A DNA stretch of 64,000 nucleotides from Selaginella moellendorffii (Eukaryota > Plantae > Lycopodiophyta), in contig NW_003314277.1 in NCBI RefSeq assembly GCF_000143415.4, positions 1,000,224-1,064,223 on the forward strand, given 5' to 3'. Positions 11,588 through 25,512 of this stretch are shown in pieces. Made by a program: the position numbers and the translations under genes. How positions within the stretch are numbered: position 1 is the stretch's first letter; every line of letters starts with the position of its first letter. Under the pieces are notes generated by a model. That model was given only the letters and a program-made list of their open reading frames with translations. It ran no database searches and was not told the origin of the DNA.

Positions 11588-12742
11588 TGTAAGCCACAAA
11601 TTTTTCCTTTCTAATTTGCTAATTTACCTCGTCTATCCGACCAACNNNNNNNNNNNNNNNNNNNNNNNNNNNNNNNNNNNNNNNNNNNNNNNNNNNNNNN
11701 NNNNNNNNNNNNNNNNNNNNNNNNNNNNNNNNNNNNNNNNNNNNNNNNNNNNNTAGCCATCCATCCACGGATTCCCATATCTCTCCCAATCCCCCTCCCT
11801 GGTTAGACTAGACTTAAGGTTCGGCTACACTCCCCATAGGCACAAATAGCCAAGCCCACTAAGCTTCTAGATTCCTGACATCCCTTGGTACAACAAGACT
11901 TGATCATGGGACCCTCTAAGTCCCAATCCTTGGGTGCAACACTTGCTTCAGGACATCGGGGCAAAAACACCGTGGCTTAACGGCCTGGTATAGGTACCTC
12001 TACTTCCCACTTCCATCACGAAGGGAAGGCCCAAGCCCTTAGGAAGGGCAAGGACCAATGAGCTGCAAAGTACTCAAGTGGGGCACCACTCCACATGAGC
12101 CGGGAGCACCACAATCGGTTTCTCTTCCGGGAGTGGGAGTTGCTCTTGAACACTTCCTTGGGTGGCCCCTCTGGCACCACCCGAATCCATGCTCACTCCC
12201 ACCCAAGGCCCCTCGGTCCCAGTCTCAACCTCAAATCAATTTGGAAGCACCACTAGAGAGTTCTTTCAAGACTGGTTCCTAGACCTCATTTTTCCTACTA
12301 CACTTTTGGAACCCCCTATAGCCCCTCCCCGGGAGACACACGCTTTGGGCTTTCACCCCTCGACTTATATTAGTATTCGGACTCAGTCTCAGACTCAATC
12401 TCGGACTCGATCTTGGACCCGAGTTCGGACTTGGTCTCAGACTCGATCTCGGACTTGACCTCGGACCCGATCTTGGAGTCAACCTCGGACGCGACCTCGG
12501 ACTCAGTCTTGGACCTAATCTTGGATCTCGGACTCTGTCTTGAACTTGGTCTTGAACTCGGTCTCGAACTTGATCTCGGAGTCGGCCTTGGACTCGATCC
12601 CGGACTCTATCTCAAACTCGGTCTCAGAGTCGGTCTTTGACTTGATCTTAAACTCAGTCCTATCCGATGAACTCTTTATCAATTCGGTCTTGCTTTCGGG
12701 GAATCTTTAGCCTACGAAACCTCGTGGAGTTGGTTCCTTATA
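11588..12742 (-). mobile_element. LTR (inverted copy of 2325-3455) upstream of the gag remnant; spans an N gap
   Basis: Reverse-complement colinearity with 2325-3455; ORFs 12058-12282 and 2669-2983 are near-identical. Confidence 0.85.
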
Positions 12743-13279
12743 GCNNNNNNNNNNNNNNNNNNNNNNNNNNNNNNNNNNNNNNNNNNNNNNNNNNNNNNNN
12801 NNNNNNNNNNNNNNNNNNNNNNNNNNNNNNNNNNNNNNNNNNNNACTTCTGTTTTAGCCCCAATATTTTTATTAGGGAACAAAAACAAGCAAGATTTCTA
12901 GATGGTGTTTGCTGTATTGCTCCAACACTGATGCTAACCACATAAAGTATCTTAAAGACATTATAGTGATAAAATCTGATGCAATACCTAAAAATGGCTA
13001 ATTGCTAATAGGGTCGCACTCACCTTGAATGAGATTGAAAACCTTAAGAAATTTTGTTTCAATCTTGAGAGGAGAGTTGAAAACATGAGCAATAGAACTA
13101 ACACTATTCCCATAGAGATGCACATGAGACCAATAAAAAAAGGTAAGGCAATTAAATTTATTGGTACCATTTCCATGCAAAAGTAAAGTAAAATACACTA
13201 TTTTTACCATAACATATAAATGTATGGTTTTAGCTCAAATGCTTGAGTATGAGATTCTCTCCACAAAATACATCACTAT

Positions 13280-13480
13280 ACTTGCAAAAGAGTATATAGT
13301 CAAAATAGAAGGTGAAGAGTACACAATTGTCATTTAAGATTTTCTTTGCAAATGTCCAAACTTTATTAAATGGAAAGGCATATACTCCTTGCAAGCATAT
13401 ATACTACATTTTTATCAACTCCTTACACTAAGATCTTAAAATGGACATTTATATACTTTACTATTACTGAATTATAGAAG
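13280..13480 (+). pseudogene. SWIM zinc-finger remnant, possibly from a Mutator-like element
   Basis: CKCPNFIKWKG then, after a frameshift, TPCKHIYYIF, giving CxC...CxH. Confidence 0.5.
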
Positions 13481-14639
13481 ATTTTTGGAGCTAACAAGAT
13501 TTGCTAAAACTATCAATGTTTATTCTCTATACTTTATATAATTAAAAATAATACTTTTATTTCATATACTTGTGAGTGTTCTTCTCATATACTCATGTGT
13601 CTCCATTTCTAACTTTACCATCTCAAAAATATTTCATAGTAGTCTTTTGGGTGTGTGATGTTGCAACATATCGCAAGAGTATATATATTGTGATATTAAT
13701 TATCATTATTGTTTCCACCGGAAGCTAAAAAATATATAAGACATTTCTTGAAAGTCACAGAATTGTAACTTTCTAAAATAAGTAGAAGGGCATTCTAATT
13801 TGTTGCACCTTATATCATTGTGTTTATCTCAAACTTATAATCACTATCTTTATTGTCCTCTCTCTTTTTTTTTTATGTATTTTAGTTGTGTGTAATGGTA
13901 ATTCTTAGCTTTTAATTTATTACCTAGGGAAAAAAGATTACATGAGTTCAAATTACTAACACTAAATCCTACATACATTTTATGTATATTTCCTCTTTTC
14001 AAATGAAAGTGTGAATGAAGATCCATAAACTTTAAACACTATGCTATGATAAACCCCTTAAAAAAGTATTCTAAAGAGAATGCATTGAATAGAGGATAGA
14101 ATCTCCTACTCTCAGCTTGAGTTTGTCGAGTTGTCAAACAACAATGGGTGATTAGCCAACTCTCTCAAATGTCAAACAGAATGTCAAGCACTGTTTGTAT
14201 TGGTGTTAATGGGAGAATTAAATCTCTCTTTGATATTCAATAAACTTGTATCAATGGTTGTTTTTCCCTTTCAAATAGTTATATGACCTTGCAAAAGAAT
14301 TTTATTTCAAATTCAATCATTTTAAAATTATTTTAAATATGATATTTAAAAACCAAAAAGCATATAGTACAGATTTTAAGAAAATGATAAAATTACTTTT
14401 TCTGTAAATAAATTTTATCTTGTTTTATATTCTAGCAAACCTTCCTATTATAGCATACATGTAATTCAATTTTAACTAAGGATGCATATCTAATTAAAGT
14501 TCATATTCAACACTTGTCACTGAAGGAAACTAAGATCTTAAGAGCTCATGTCTAAAAGATGTTAAAGAAAGGTGTTATTTGAAAGTGTTAAAGTCCTTCA
14601 TCTTATGTCAAAGCCTAATAGAAATATTAGTTATGCATC

Positions 14640-16640
14640 AATTATTATTTGTTAAATAATGTATCCTAAATATATACCCTCTTACTCACATTACCAATTT
14701 CTTGGATAATCTTAGGTGAAACCATTAGTTCACTAAGTTATATCTTGCTTCTGAATGCTAATGGCTAAGGAAAATATTCCTAATATTATTTTCCATTCAC
14801 CATTTGGTTTTTATAGGTTTTTAGTGATGCCATTTAGTTAGAGGTTTTCTAGTGGATGATGGAAGATGTTCTTTTTGATATATTAAAGATGATTACTAAT
14901 TTTATTAATGATATTTTGATTTGTTCAAAGGGGACAAAGAGGAGCACATTCATGATGTTTGCAAAATATTAAATTAGCTATAAGAAATTTGTTTGAAACT
15001 CACTTGCATTAAACCAAAACCTTTCCCCATCCATGTTCCCAATCTAAATGCACGTTTGGATCTAAGGACTTTGGGTTACTGCATTTCTTACAAGGGTTTG
15101 TAAATTGATTTTGATAAACTTGTGGTAAAATAGATTATAGTTAAAATATATCAAAACTGTAGGAGTCTTCAACAACTCTTTGAGATTCATAAATGCTTAT
15201 TCACTCCCTTTAGTTTTGAACTTTTTTATACCAAAGCATGTGAACAATATGCAACACTTCTTTAACAAGGTACAATATGTTAGATGTTTTGTTAATCAAT
15301 CTTTTTTATTACATTACATCATGAAGATTGCAATTAGGCATTTTCAAATCTTAAGGTAGTGTTGATAGCTCCATTAATTTTAACATACCTTAACTATATT
15401 CAGCCCTTCATTTTACGTATAGATGGTTTTGATATCAATCTCTAGGGCATGAGAGTACAAGGGTCCTTCGTCAATGTTATCCTATTATATACACCAATTA
15501 TACTTTATAGCTAGTTAAGATGAATTATTCACAAATAAATAAGTGTTTAGTAGTGGTTTAGGACTTTAAGAAGCTCTATGTGTCTTTGTATTGTTTTTGG
15601 ATATTACTAAAGAGTGATCATACTGTAATCACTTTATTATTAAAGCATAAGAACATGGTTGATTGTATTGCTTGAAGCTTCAAATCTACAACTTTGAGAT
15701 TATTTATTGCTCTAGGGGTTCAATAGTTGATATTGATTTTCTATCTCAAGCTCCTTTTCCTCCTCCTCTTTCTTCTTATATTTCTAAGGAGCCTATTATT
15801 TCAATATCATTGAAATTTTAGATGAAGATTCTATACTATTGGTAATTGTTGTGCATGATGTTTAGTGTTTACAAAGTGTAAAGTTAGCTTTGCATTCCCT
15901 GGATGATGTTTAGAAGGCTCAAAGGGTTGAGTTATGGTATTGAAGGTCCTATAAGAATCTTACATCACTTACTAATAACTTATCATTTTAACATTTATAT
16001 ACTAGAAATGAGATGAAATATCATTTGATATGTATATCTTTGTAGGCCAAAATATAAGATGGAGCACCATCATAAAACTTTTAGCACAATTATAAATTCT
16101 TGAAAAAGGTTTGTGGTGCTAAGTTTATAATACTCCCTCTTGTGTTACAAAAGGACAGTTAAAATTAATTGCAATTTCCCATCCATTTGAGTTAGTGGTA
16201 TTTGATTTGATAAATTATTTTTCATGATTAATTATTAATAATGAGTATATCATAATTACTTCTTACTATCCAACTAGTTGGGTGAGTTGGTGCTCTTATT
16301 AATGCATTTACAATTGTTATTAAATACTTCTTTCTCATTTATGTGGTATTCTAACATTCTTGTCTATAGTAAATTCTCTTAAACAATGGTTCTAAATGGT
16401 CTAATATGGTTATGCATGCATGAGTTTAGTCCACAGTGTGGTCTAAAGGGTTGTATTCTATAACTATGCAATTCAAACAATTCTAAATTATTACCCATTT
16501 AAATTCTATAGTCTAAAATATAACCTTTCACACAATAGTTTGAAATTATGTATATATAACCTTAATCTTGCATTATGGCTAAGGTATTTGATGTTTGACG
16601 TATTTTATGTTTGACATCTCAATTATACCTTCTAAATACT
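14640..16640 (+). mobile_element. Highly decayed Ty3/gypsy pol (RT-RNase H-integrase)
   Basis: FINDILICSK (~14900, YxDD-type motif) followed in gypsy order by RNase H-like pieces and integrase-like PFELVVFDLI (~16180-16210). Many stops. Confidence 0.6.
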
Positions 16641-17639
16641 TATCATCTATAAATGGATGGTTTGATAGAATGGTTTGTAAAGACTTTCAAAGAGATAATA
16701 ATGAATATATAAACTTTTAACATTTAAATTGCAATAATTATTTGCATTTTCTCTGGTATATATATGTCATTATAGTGCATCCTATCTCTCTCCCCTTAGC
16801 CAACTAAAAAGGACGCAATTACTTAATGAAAGAGCCTTTAGTGGCTATTTTATCCCCATTTATCCCCTAAAGTTCTAATGATTCACGATAATAATATATC
16901 AAAATTTTATCCCATGATTACATGCATTACAGTTATGAAAGTGTAGATTTTTATTAATGCTTTACTATATAAATTTTTATATAGTTATAATTTTAAACTA
17001 TGAATAAAGTTTAATTTGCCTTCACAAATGCATAAGCTACTAATGCTACATTTTGAGATTAATATTTGGCAAGCATTTTTCCATTGATCCAAGTGAAGTT
17101 TACTTAACACTTATGCAAAAATAACATTAAAACTCTTACCATCATCCAATTGTAAAGTAGAAAGTAAATTAATTAGAATTTGTATATTTTCTCAATCTTA
17201 CTATATATGCTTTATCCAAAGGGCTCTTTCTTCAGTGTAAGTGACTATATGAAGTGTTCTGGCACAAGTTTATGAAATTTGGCACAATATTTAACAAATT
17301 GATCCTCTAAAAATTGTATATATACAATAGTTAAAATATTTCATATAAAAGGATCAAAAATTACATTACATCCGAATGTCAACATCCTTTAATAGGTGAG
17401 CTTTAGAAAGATCTGACATCCCAGGAAAAGAAATGGGACTATACATCCTTTTCTAAAAAACAGATGGAATACAAAATGTACAAAATATTTGATTACTCAT
17501 TTATATAGAAGAGTGAAATCCAGCAACAGGGCAACCAAATCTTTTTTCAGGACTAGAAAATCTGCTCCGTGATTACCCTTTGCAGGCAGATGTTTAGTTT
17601 TAATTCTTACAACAAGGGATGACCAGCTTTCTCTTTTTC

Positions 17640-19616
17640 TTACCTCTTTCTCTGCGGTGGCTTCTTTCCATTCAGACGATGGTCTCTTGCAACCAGGAGA
17701 TCAGCCTCAAAACCAAGGCTCCTTTCAAACTCGTGCAGCAAACAAACTTCAAGCTCAGAGCAGATGCTCACCACCTTTCTCGTCCAAAGAATCCTGTGCA
17801 CGCCTGCTCTCGCCAAATACCTATCCGCGGACTCGGGCATGTCAAAGTTGATAACATGCTGCCTTCCACTGTAGATTATGTTGGTGATTAGAAGCAAACC
17901 ACGCTGGCAAAAAGCCCGATTCGTCTCTTCAATGCAGTGCTGTGGCATGCCAGTGTGTGTTGCAGCCACTTCAAAACCCGCACTTTCCATCCCAGAAGCA
18001 ACCAGTTCCACCTGCGATACCGAGTTGCAGTACACTGTCACTGTATCGCTCCTGATCCGAAACAACTTCCACACTTCCCCGAGCTTGGCGAGCTTGTCAC
18101 TGGCGCTCTTGACAGCTGCATAGAAGTGCTTGACTGAGCTTAAGGTGATGCCTGGCCTGGGAATCCTTGCAGTCTCGCCCTTGCAAAACCTTGTTACAAT
18201 GTCTTCTACGTCGGGAGATGGGTTTAGGGAGTGGATCCCCAAGATCACGTCTCGGCTCCAAAGGATGGAGCATATTGCCTCCACATGTACTTTGTGTGTC
18301 GAAAGAATCACATCCGTCTCCACCAGGACCGCTCTGTGTGGCTTCCAAGTCGTGCTGGCCCCGCACAGTGCTTCCTGCATCCTGTCCGGAGTCCCGATTA
18401 CAATTCCGGGTGAAAGTTCATTCATGATCGCTGGCTCGCTGAGGTAAGTCACCTTAACTTCAAACAGTCCCAGGACGTCCACGAAGGCCTGCAACAGCTC
18501 CAAAAGCTGAGGAATCCGGTGGCCTGGAGCGAGAACTATTGAGGCGGTGCTTGTTGAATCGGGAATGAGGCCCGGCATGAAGGCCAGGATGCCAGACCAG
18601 TCCTGGCACACAACGTTGCGTCGAAACACGGAGAAATTCTGGACCGCATTGCAGAAGCACGGGTCAAGGAAACCAGAGCAACACGCTGCTTCTGAAACAA
18701 TCAAAGCGAACTCCAGATGAAGAAAACAGAAAGAAGCGAAGATACATACCTGGGAGTGACAACTCTATAGCCCGCAATAGCTCTTTGCTCATGTTGATCG
18801 CTTCCCAGGGAGCAAGGTAATTGATTACATCCACCTTGGCAGGCCTGAAAATACAAAAGTTTGGGTGAGGCTAAACAAGGAAGGCAAACCTGCAAGGGGA
18901 AGGTTTCAGTGATACCGGGAGACTGAAAAACAGGAGGGACTCTACCAGGTCCATAACCTGTCAAGCACACCGTCAGATCGACTAAAGCACTGAAAGGAGC
19001 AAAACACCTACTCGGCTGAAAAACTCGGGGTTGTCGTCGTCAACAAGAACAAGCGCTAGAAGTGTCATGCTGGCCTTCAGCTTGCGAGCCTCTTGGGGGC
19101 TCGCCACAACTATATCCAGACAATCCAGCATCCACTCGTGCTCCTCCATGCTTCCCGCCAGCTTCCAAGGGTGGTAGTAGCAACGCAAAGTGTTTCACAT
19201 TGGCTGGAGCTGTGACGACGAGCATGTTGTCAAAGACGTTGGATCTCGGCCTGACCAAACGCAGCAGTAGCTCGAGGAGGCGCACGGACTTGACCGGAGG
19301 CGGAGCGTCCTTGAACTCTACAAAAAGGAGTTTTAGATAAAAGAGAAGCTTTTTTTTACGGTTTTCTACCTTTGCAGCGCTCAATTCCGCGGTAGATCGA
19401 ACAGATGTTGTCCCAGATACTGTGCTTGGACAAGTTGCCAGGGATGACAGAGCAGTTGAGGATGATGCCATGGTAACCAAAGAGGAAATCCGAGAGAGAG
19501 AAAGCATCAGGCTCTCGTTGCAATTGAATTGGAGCTTGCCTGCGGGATAGCACCGAATGAAGGAGAAAAGGACTTGACGGCACCAGGAGCTCGAGGAAAC
19601 ACACGGGATCCTCCAT
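17640..19616 (-). pseudogene. eIF4A-like DEAD-box pseudo-helicase, copy 1 (5+ exons; frameshifted)
   Basis: 354-aa main exon aligns by eye to eIF4A. Exon 2 has an 11-bp deletion (~19186) relative to copy 3. Confidence 0.75.
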
Positions 19617-20764
19617 GCTCTATGGGGAGTATATATTAAAGGGTAAATCCACAAGGGGGAATATTTTCGATGGCTATGGCGTCGCATGGACTCTCTCGGC
19701 GGCTCTGGATTATCCCCGCTCCAACGCCGTGGCTGGATGATCGCCATGGCGATCAAATGCAAACAGGTACGGCACTTCGCATATGGGGGATCATTACAGT
19801 CACAAATCTTACTCCGCCGCCTCATCATGTTTCAGATGCACGAAACAAAGAGCGAAGAAAGTTGCAAAATGCCCGCACGTCAACGAGGATTTTTTGGCAT
19901 CAACCTCCTTTTCCTGTTTTTGTAGGGGCAGGCAGAAAAATTGAAGAGCCGTGCTAAAAAGTTGTTGGTATATAATGCTCTTAGTTGAGTCCTGAATACA
20001 GGTGCTAGATTTCGAAAAACAACTTTTAAATCTAATCGAGTGGTTGTAGCCCACAGATATCTGAATTCTTCTTTTTTCATTTCCAGTACGATTTCGAGAA
20101 GGAGAAACTTGCACTTGAGGTAGAAGAGGAGAGAAAAGCGCGGCTGGATCGTGAAAAGAGAGGAATAACAGAAGACTGAAAATCTGAGCTCTTTAGTCTT
20201 AAGAGAGGTTTTTATGTTATTTGTTCTGAAATAATCTTTTTAGCAGGTTTACGTGGCATTTTGGACGCATCAGCTAAGGTTCTGGATAAGATCATTGTTT
20301 TATGTGTCCTTATTGCTTGTTTTTAGGAATGCCTTTATTGGAGCCCGTCATTTCTGTCGCATTCTCGTGACGAAATAATAAACAACGAGCAAGGACAGAC
20401 CAAATGTTGCTGATGAAGATCGCCTAAACCAAAACTCGATGCGACTTCAAACACAGAAGACCAGGCAGTTCCGTGTAATGAGCTTGTAAGTCTTGCGTGC
20501 TGCAAAGCTTAATGCTCCAGATGCAGCAGGTCTAAATTAAAGATGGAAGGAACTCCAGGTCTAAATCCCGTTTTGATTCAAAGGTAAAAGCTCGTCTTCC
20601 TCTTCTCAATAAAATGTCACTGCTTTTTTTCAGAGCAGCGGATGCGACTGAGGAACTCCCTTATTTACTATCATAATTGAAATGGCTACTTAAGCTGCGG
20701 TGTACTCATTTATGCTTGATTTCCAGGAGCATGAAACAGCTTCCTCGAGAGAAAATACAACCAG

Positions 20765-21163
20765 CTCAATGTGGGAGGGAGAGAGAACCTGCCACTTGTA
20801 TCTTGGATCGTCAGAAGGAAGCTGGGCGTCCGAGCCTGCTGTAGGCGACAGAGAAGCCGAGCAATGGGACTGGATCTTTATGCCGTGGCCGCTGACTACT
20901 GCACTCTGGGTCTAGACGGCGAGGACATCGAAATTGAGCTGGCGTGGGATCCTGTGAGGCGAGCACCCAGGGTATGTGTCCTCGATTTCTCTGAAGCCCT
21001 TCACAACGATCGACAAGGCATTCTCTACAAGGAGAGTTTCTACCCGAGGCCGTCCCAGGAGCTGCTGTGGGCAACATTCGCGCTTCACTACAGCGATCAC
21101 AAGTTCGCGCGGTGGGTTGAAGAGATCTACAGAGGAGCTCTTCGAGAATTTCTCATAACCTAA
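20765..21163 (+). pseudogene. DUF3669-like kinase-fold gene, copy 1 (5'-truncated, internal deletions)
   Basis: GLDGEDIEIELAW...VCVLDFS...ESFYPRPSQELLW, homologous to 33280-33709. Confidence 0.75.
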
Positions 21164-21850
21164 GATCATTGTTTTTTTTTTTTAGAGATCTATGTTGTAT
21201 CAAATTCTTGCCTCTCTTGACCTAGCCCAAGCGCTACGGCGACGTACAATGTATGTTCCTTTCCTGAGTTTTGCAATATTTGGATATCCAGTTAATATGC
21301 GCGAATATTCGCCATCAATTTCTCTGGAAAGTTTAGAGTTCGTGGGTGATGGTGATAACTTATATAATTTCTCAGTTGACAATGTCTATATCACCACAAG
21401 CTTTGCAAAGAGATCACCATTTCTATTAGCCAGAGTTGCAACTATGCCAAACTCATAATACTCAAGTTTATAAAACTCGCAATTGAATTTGAAGAAATAA
21501 GTAATGAAGTTAGAGTTTTTTGGTGGATGGGCTGGGATGTAAACATCAGGCATGCACAATTTTTGGTTTGCTGAATATTAAGCCAAGTCTCCAATTGCAA
21601 GGCGTGGCCAATCGGCTCGCTAGAGAGCACGCCACGCAGCACAACTCTTCCGTGTGGCCGTTTACTCCTGATCTAAGCATTAAGGTAGTGCATCAAAGAG
21701 CTGGCTGTCAACACTGGCCTGGTGCCTCTCTAGCCTTTTGTAAGAGCTAGATGCTAAAAATAGACTCTCGGGCTAAGTATTGTATACTAATAATATAATT
21801 TACAAAAAAAGATGTATAATTATTGTTGACACCCCTTTTTCTCCTGCAAA

Positions 21851-22110
21851 GGGCAACCAGATCCTGGGACATAGAAAATCTGTTCAGTGATTACCCTTTG
21901 CCAGCAGATGTTTAGTTTTATTTCTTTTACTAGTGACCAACTTTCTTTTTTTCTTGCCTCTTTCATTGAGGTGGCTTCTTTCCACTCAGATGATGGTCTC
22001 TTGCAACCAGGAGATCAGCCTCGAAACCAAGGCTCCTCTCAAACTCGTGCAGCAAACAAACTTGAAGCTTAGAGCAGGCTCACCACCTTTCTCATCCAAA
22101 AAGCCTGTAC
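21851..22110 (-). pseudogene. Orphan 3' fragment of the pseudo-helicase gene (fourth partial copy)
   Basis: Colinear with 17529-17800 and 22290-22460. Confidence 0.8.
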
Positions 22111-22276
22111 TGCACAAACTTGTGAAGAATCAAACTCGTAATCAAAGAGGCAGTCAGAGTGGTGATGTGGATTAGGACTGTAAGGTGGTGGAGCTACAGC
22201 ACATGTAGAGGATTTTGAGATCCTGAGAATCTCAAAGCTGGAGAAGATTATAGATTCCTAGAAAATCATTATGAAC

Positions 22277-25213
22277 TTACACATTATTCTTTTTCTTGCC
22301 TATCTCTAGCCGTGGCGGCTTCTTTCCATTCAGACGATGGTCTCTTGCAACCAGGAGATCAGCCTCGAAACCAAGGCTCCTCTCGAACTCGTGCAGCAAA
22401 CAAACTTCAAGCTCAGGGCAGATGCTCACCACCTTTCTCGTCCAAAGTCTCCTGTGTACGCCTGCTCTCGCTAAGTACTCATCCGCAGACTCGGGCATGT
22501 CAAAGTTGATCACATGCTGCCTCCCGCCGCTGTAGATTATGTTGGTGATTAGAAGCAAACCACGCTGACAAAAAGCCCAATTCGTCTCTTCAATGCAGTG
22601 CTTTGGCATGCCAGTGTGCGTTGCAGCCACTTCAAAACCCGCACTTTCCATCCCAGAAGCAACCAGTTCCACCTGCGATACCGAGTTGCAGTAGACTGTC
22701 ACTGTGTCGCTCCTGGTCCGAAACAACTTCCACACTTCCCCGAGCTTGGCGAGCTTGTCACTAGCGCTCTTGACAGCTGCATAGAAGTGCTTGACTGAGC
22801 TTAAGGTGATGCCTGGCCTGGGAATCCTTGTAGTCTCGCCCTTGCAAAACCTTGTTACAATGTCTTCTACGTCGGGAGATGGGTCTAGCGAGTGGATCCC
22901 CAAGATCACGTCGTGGCTCCAAAGGTTGGAGCATATTGCCTCCACATGTACTTTGTGTGTCGAAAGAATCACATCCGTCTCCACCAGGACCGCTCTGTGT
23001 GGCTTCCAAGTCGTGCTGCCCCCGCACAGTGCTTCGTGCATCCTATCCGGAGTCCCGATTACAATTCTGGGTGAAAGTTCATTCGTGATCGCTGGGAGGC
23101 ATGCCACTTGAACTTCAAACAGTCCCAAGCCGTCCACGAAAGCCTGCAACAGCTCCGCAAGCTGAGGAATCCTGTGGCCTGGAGCGAGAACGATTGAGGC
23201 GGTGCTTGTGGAATCGGGAATGAGGCCCGGCATGAAGGCCACAATGCCAGACCAGTCCTGGCACACAACGTTGCGTCGAAACACGGGGAACATCTGGACC
23301 GCATTACGGAAGCACGGGTCGAGCAAACCAGAGCAACATGCTGCTTCTGAAACAATCGAAGCAAACTCCACCAATCACTAGAAGAAAAAAGAAAGAAAGA
23401 GAAAGAAGCGAAGATACATACCTGGGATTGACAACTCTATAGCCCGGCGTAGCTCTTTGCTCATGTTGACCGCTTTCCAGGGAGCAAGGTAATTGATTAC
23501 ATCCACCTTGGCAGGCCTGAAAATACAAAAGTTTGGGTGAGGCTAAACAAAGAAGGCAAACCTGCAAGGGGAAGGTTTCAGTGATGTCGGGAGGCTGAAA
23601 GACAGGAGGGACTCCACCAGGTCCATAACCTGTCAAGCACACGGATCAAGTAACGCACTGAAAGAAGGAAAGGAACAAAACACTTACTTGGCTGAAAAAC
23701 TCGGGCTTGTCGTCGTCAACGAGAACAAGCGCGAGAAGTGTGATGCTGGCCTTCAGCTTGCGAGCCTCTCGAGGGCTCGCCACAACTATATCCAGACGAT
23801 CCAACATCCACTGGTGCTCCTCCATGCTTCCTCCAAGGGTGGTAGTAGCAACGCAAAACCTCCACAAAGTGTCTCACATTGTCTGGAGCTGTGACGACGA
23901 GCACATTGTCCAGGACGTTGGATCTCGGCCTGACCAAACGCAGCAGTAGCTCGAGAAGGCGCACGGACTTGACCGGAGGCGGAGCGTGTTGAGATTAGAT
24001 GCTCAGGTAGATGCTTAGCTAGGCAGTTAGGATGATGTGGCATTAGGCAGTTGCCACAGCCCATGTATATATAGCTTCATATATACAATATGAGCAGTCG
24101 TTGCCAGCAGTCGCTGCCTTTTTTATCATGGTATCGGAGCACAGATCTTGAGGACCTGTGAAGGATGAAGAAGAAGAAGAAGCTTCCAGATGCCAACGGC
24201 AGAAGCAGAGTAGCCTAGAGAGCAGCAACAAAGCAATGGCAGAGCCATACCAGCAGCGAGGAGTGGCAGATAGTAGCGACTCAGAAGCCCTGGAGCGGCA
24301 GAAGATGCTGATATGCTCCAAGAAAGGAGCAGCAGAGCAGCCAAGAAGCCCAGGAGCAGCAGAGCAGTGACTCAGCAGGCCGAGAAGCAGAATGGCGGCA
24401 GGAGTGGCCAAGATGCTCGAAGAGAGGAGCAGCAGCAGCCAAGTGAGCGGTGGCAGATAGCAGCGGCAGAGTTGGCTGAGAAGCCCAGCAGTGGCAAAAG
24501 AGCTCCAAGAGAGGAGCAGCAACAGCCAAAGGAGCGATGGCAAAAGAGCTCCAAGAGAGGAGCAGCAACAGCCAAAGGAGCAATGGCAAAGCAGCCAAGA
24601 GTGGCAGAGGCAGCAAGCCCTAGAGCAACAAGATGTAGTTGCTTTGAGTGGGAGTCAGTGTCAGTTGTATGCATGCTGAGTATCTTATGTTCAGGCTTTG
24701 TCTCAGTTTGTAGACACGCCTGAGTGGGAGTGTTGAGATTAGATGCTCAGGTAGATGCTTAGCTAGGCAGTTAGGATGATGTGGCATTAGGCAGTTGCCA
24801 CAGCCCATGTATATATAGCTTCATATATACAATATGAGCAGTCGTTGCCAGCAGTCGCTGCCTTTTTTATCAGAGCGTCCTTGAACTCTACAAGAAAAAA
24901 GGATTTTTAGATCACAAAGAAGTTTTATTTACGGTTTTCTACCTTTGCAGCGCCTGATCTCCTGGTAGATCGAGCAGATGTTGTCCCAGACATTGTGCTT
25001 GGACAAGTCGCCAGGGACGACAGAGCAGTTGAGGATGATGCCATGGTAGCCAAAGAGGAAATCCTCGAGAGAGAAAGCATCAGGCTCTCGCTGCGATTGA
25101 ATTGGAGCTTGCCTGCGGGATAGCACCGATTGACGAAGACAAGGGATGCTTGACGGCACCAGGAGCTCCAGCGCTGCCGCTGCCTGCCGATGGAAACACA
25201 CGGGATCCTCCAT
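22277..25213 (-). pseudogene. eIF4A-like pseudo-helicase, copy 2 (disrupted by TRIM insertion and an 8-bp deletion in exon 2)
   Basis: 365-aa main exon; exon 1 MEDPVCFHRQ at 25213; exon 2 split at 23986/24873. Confidence 0.8.
23987..24872 (+). mobile_element. Complete young TRIM (non-autonomous LTR retrotransposon)
   Basis: Identical 142-bp LTRs 23987-24128 and 24731-24872 (tgtt...atca), PBS tggtatcggagc at 24129, PPT tgagtgggag, TSD gagcg (23982-23986 and 24873-24877). Confidence 0.95.
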
Positions 25214-25512
25214 AGCCGCAAGGGTAGAGAGAGAGTCACCCTATTGGGAGTATATACTATATAGTAAGGGATTCGAACGATACGGAGAGAGAAATGGCGC
25301 CAAATATGCATGTAATCATTGATGGCTATAGCGCTCTCGCCATTCTTCTCGCCTTGCTGTTCGTGTTTGCTGATCATCACAGTCACAAATCTTGCTGCGC
25401 CGCAGCCGCCACCGCCACTGGATCGCCAGGAATCCGACCTGCGGGAGAGCAAAGTGTCGCGCTTAGAGCTTCTCTTAGTTGAGTCCTGAAAAAGAGTCAA
25501 TCCCTTTTCCCA

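Noticed and set aside
11337-12844. Structure across N runs (~11337-11436, ~11646-11753, ~12745-12844)
   Set aside because: Assembly gaps; true lengths and element continuity cannot be judged.
17640-18704. Naming the helicase-like ORFs as functional eIF4A
   Set aside because: Walker A, DEAD, SAT and HRIGR motifs are all lost, so no gene symbol was assigned.
24043-24723. Several Leu/Ala- or Gln-rich ORFs
   Set aside because: Low-complexity internal region of the TRIM, open in multiple frames.
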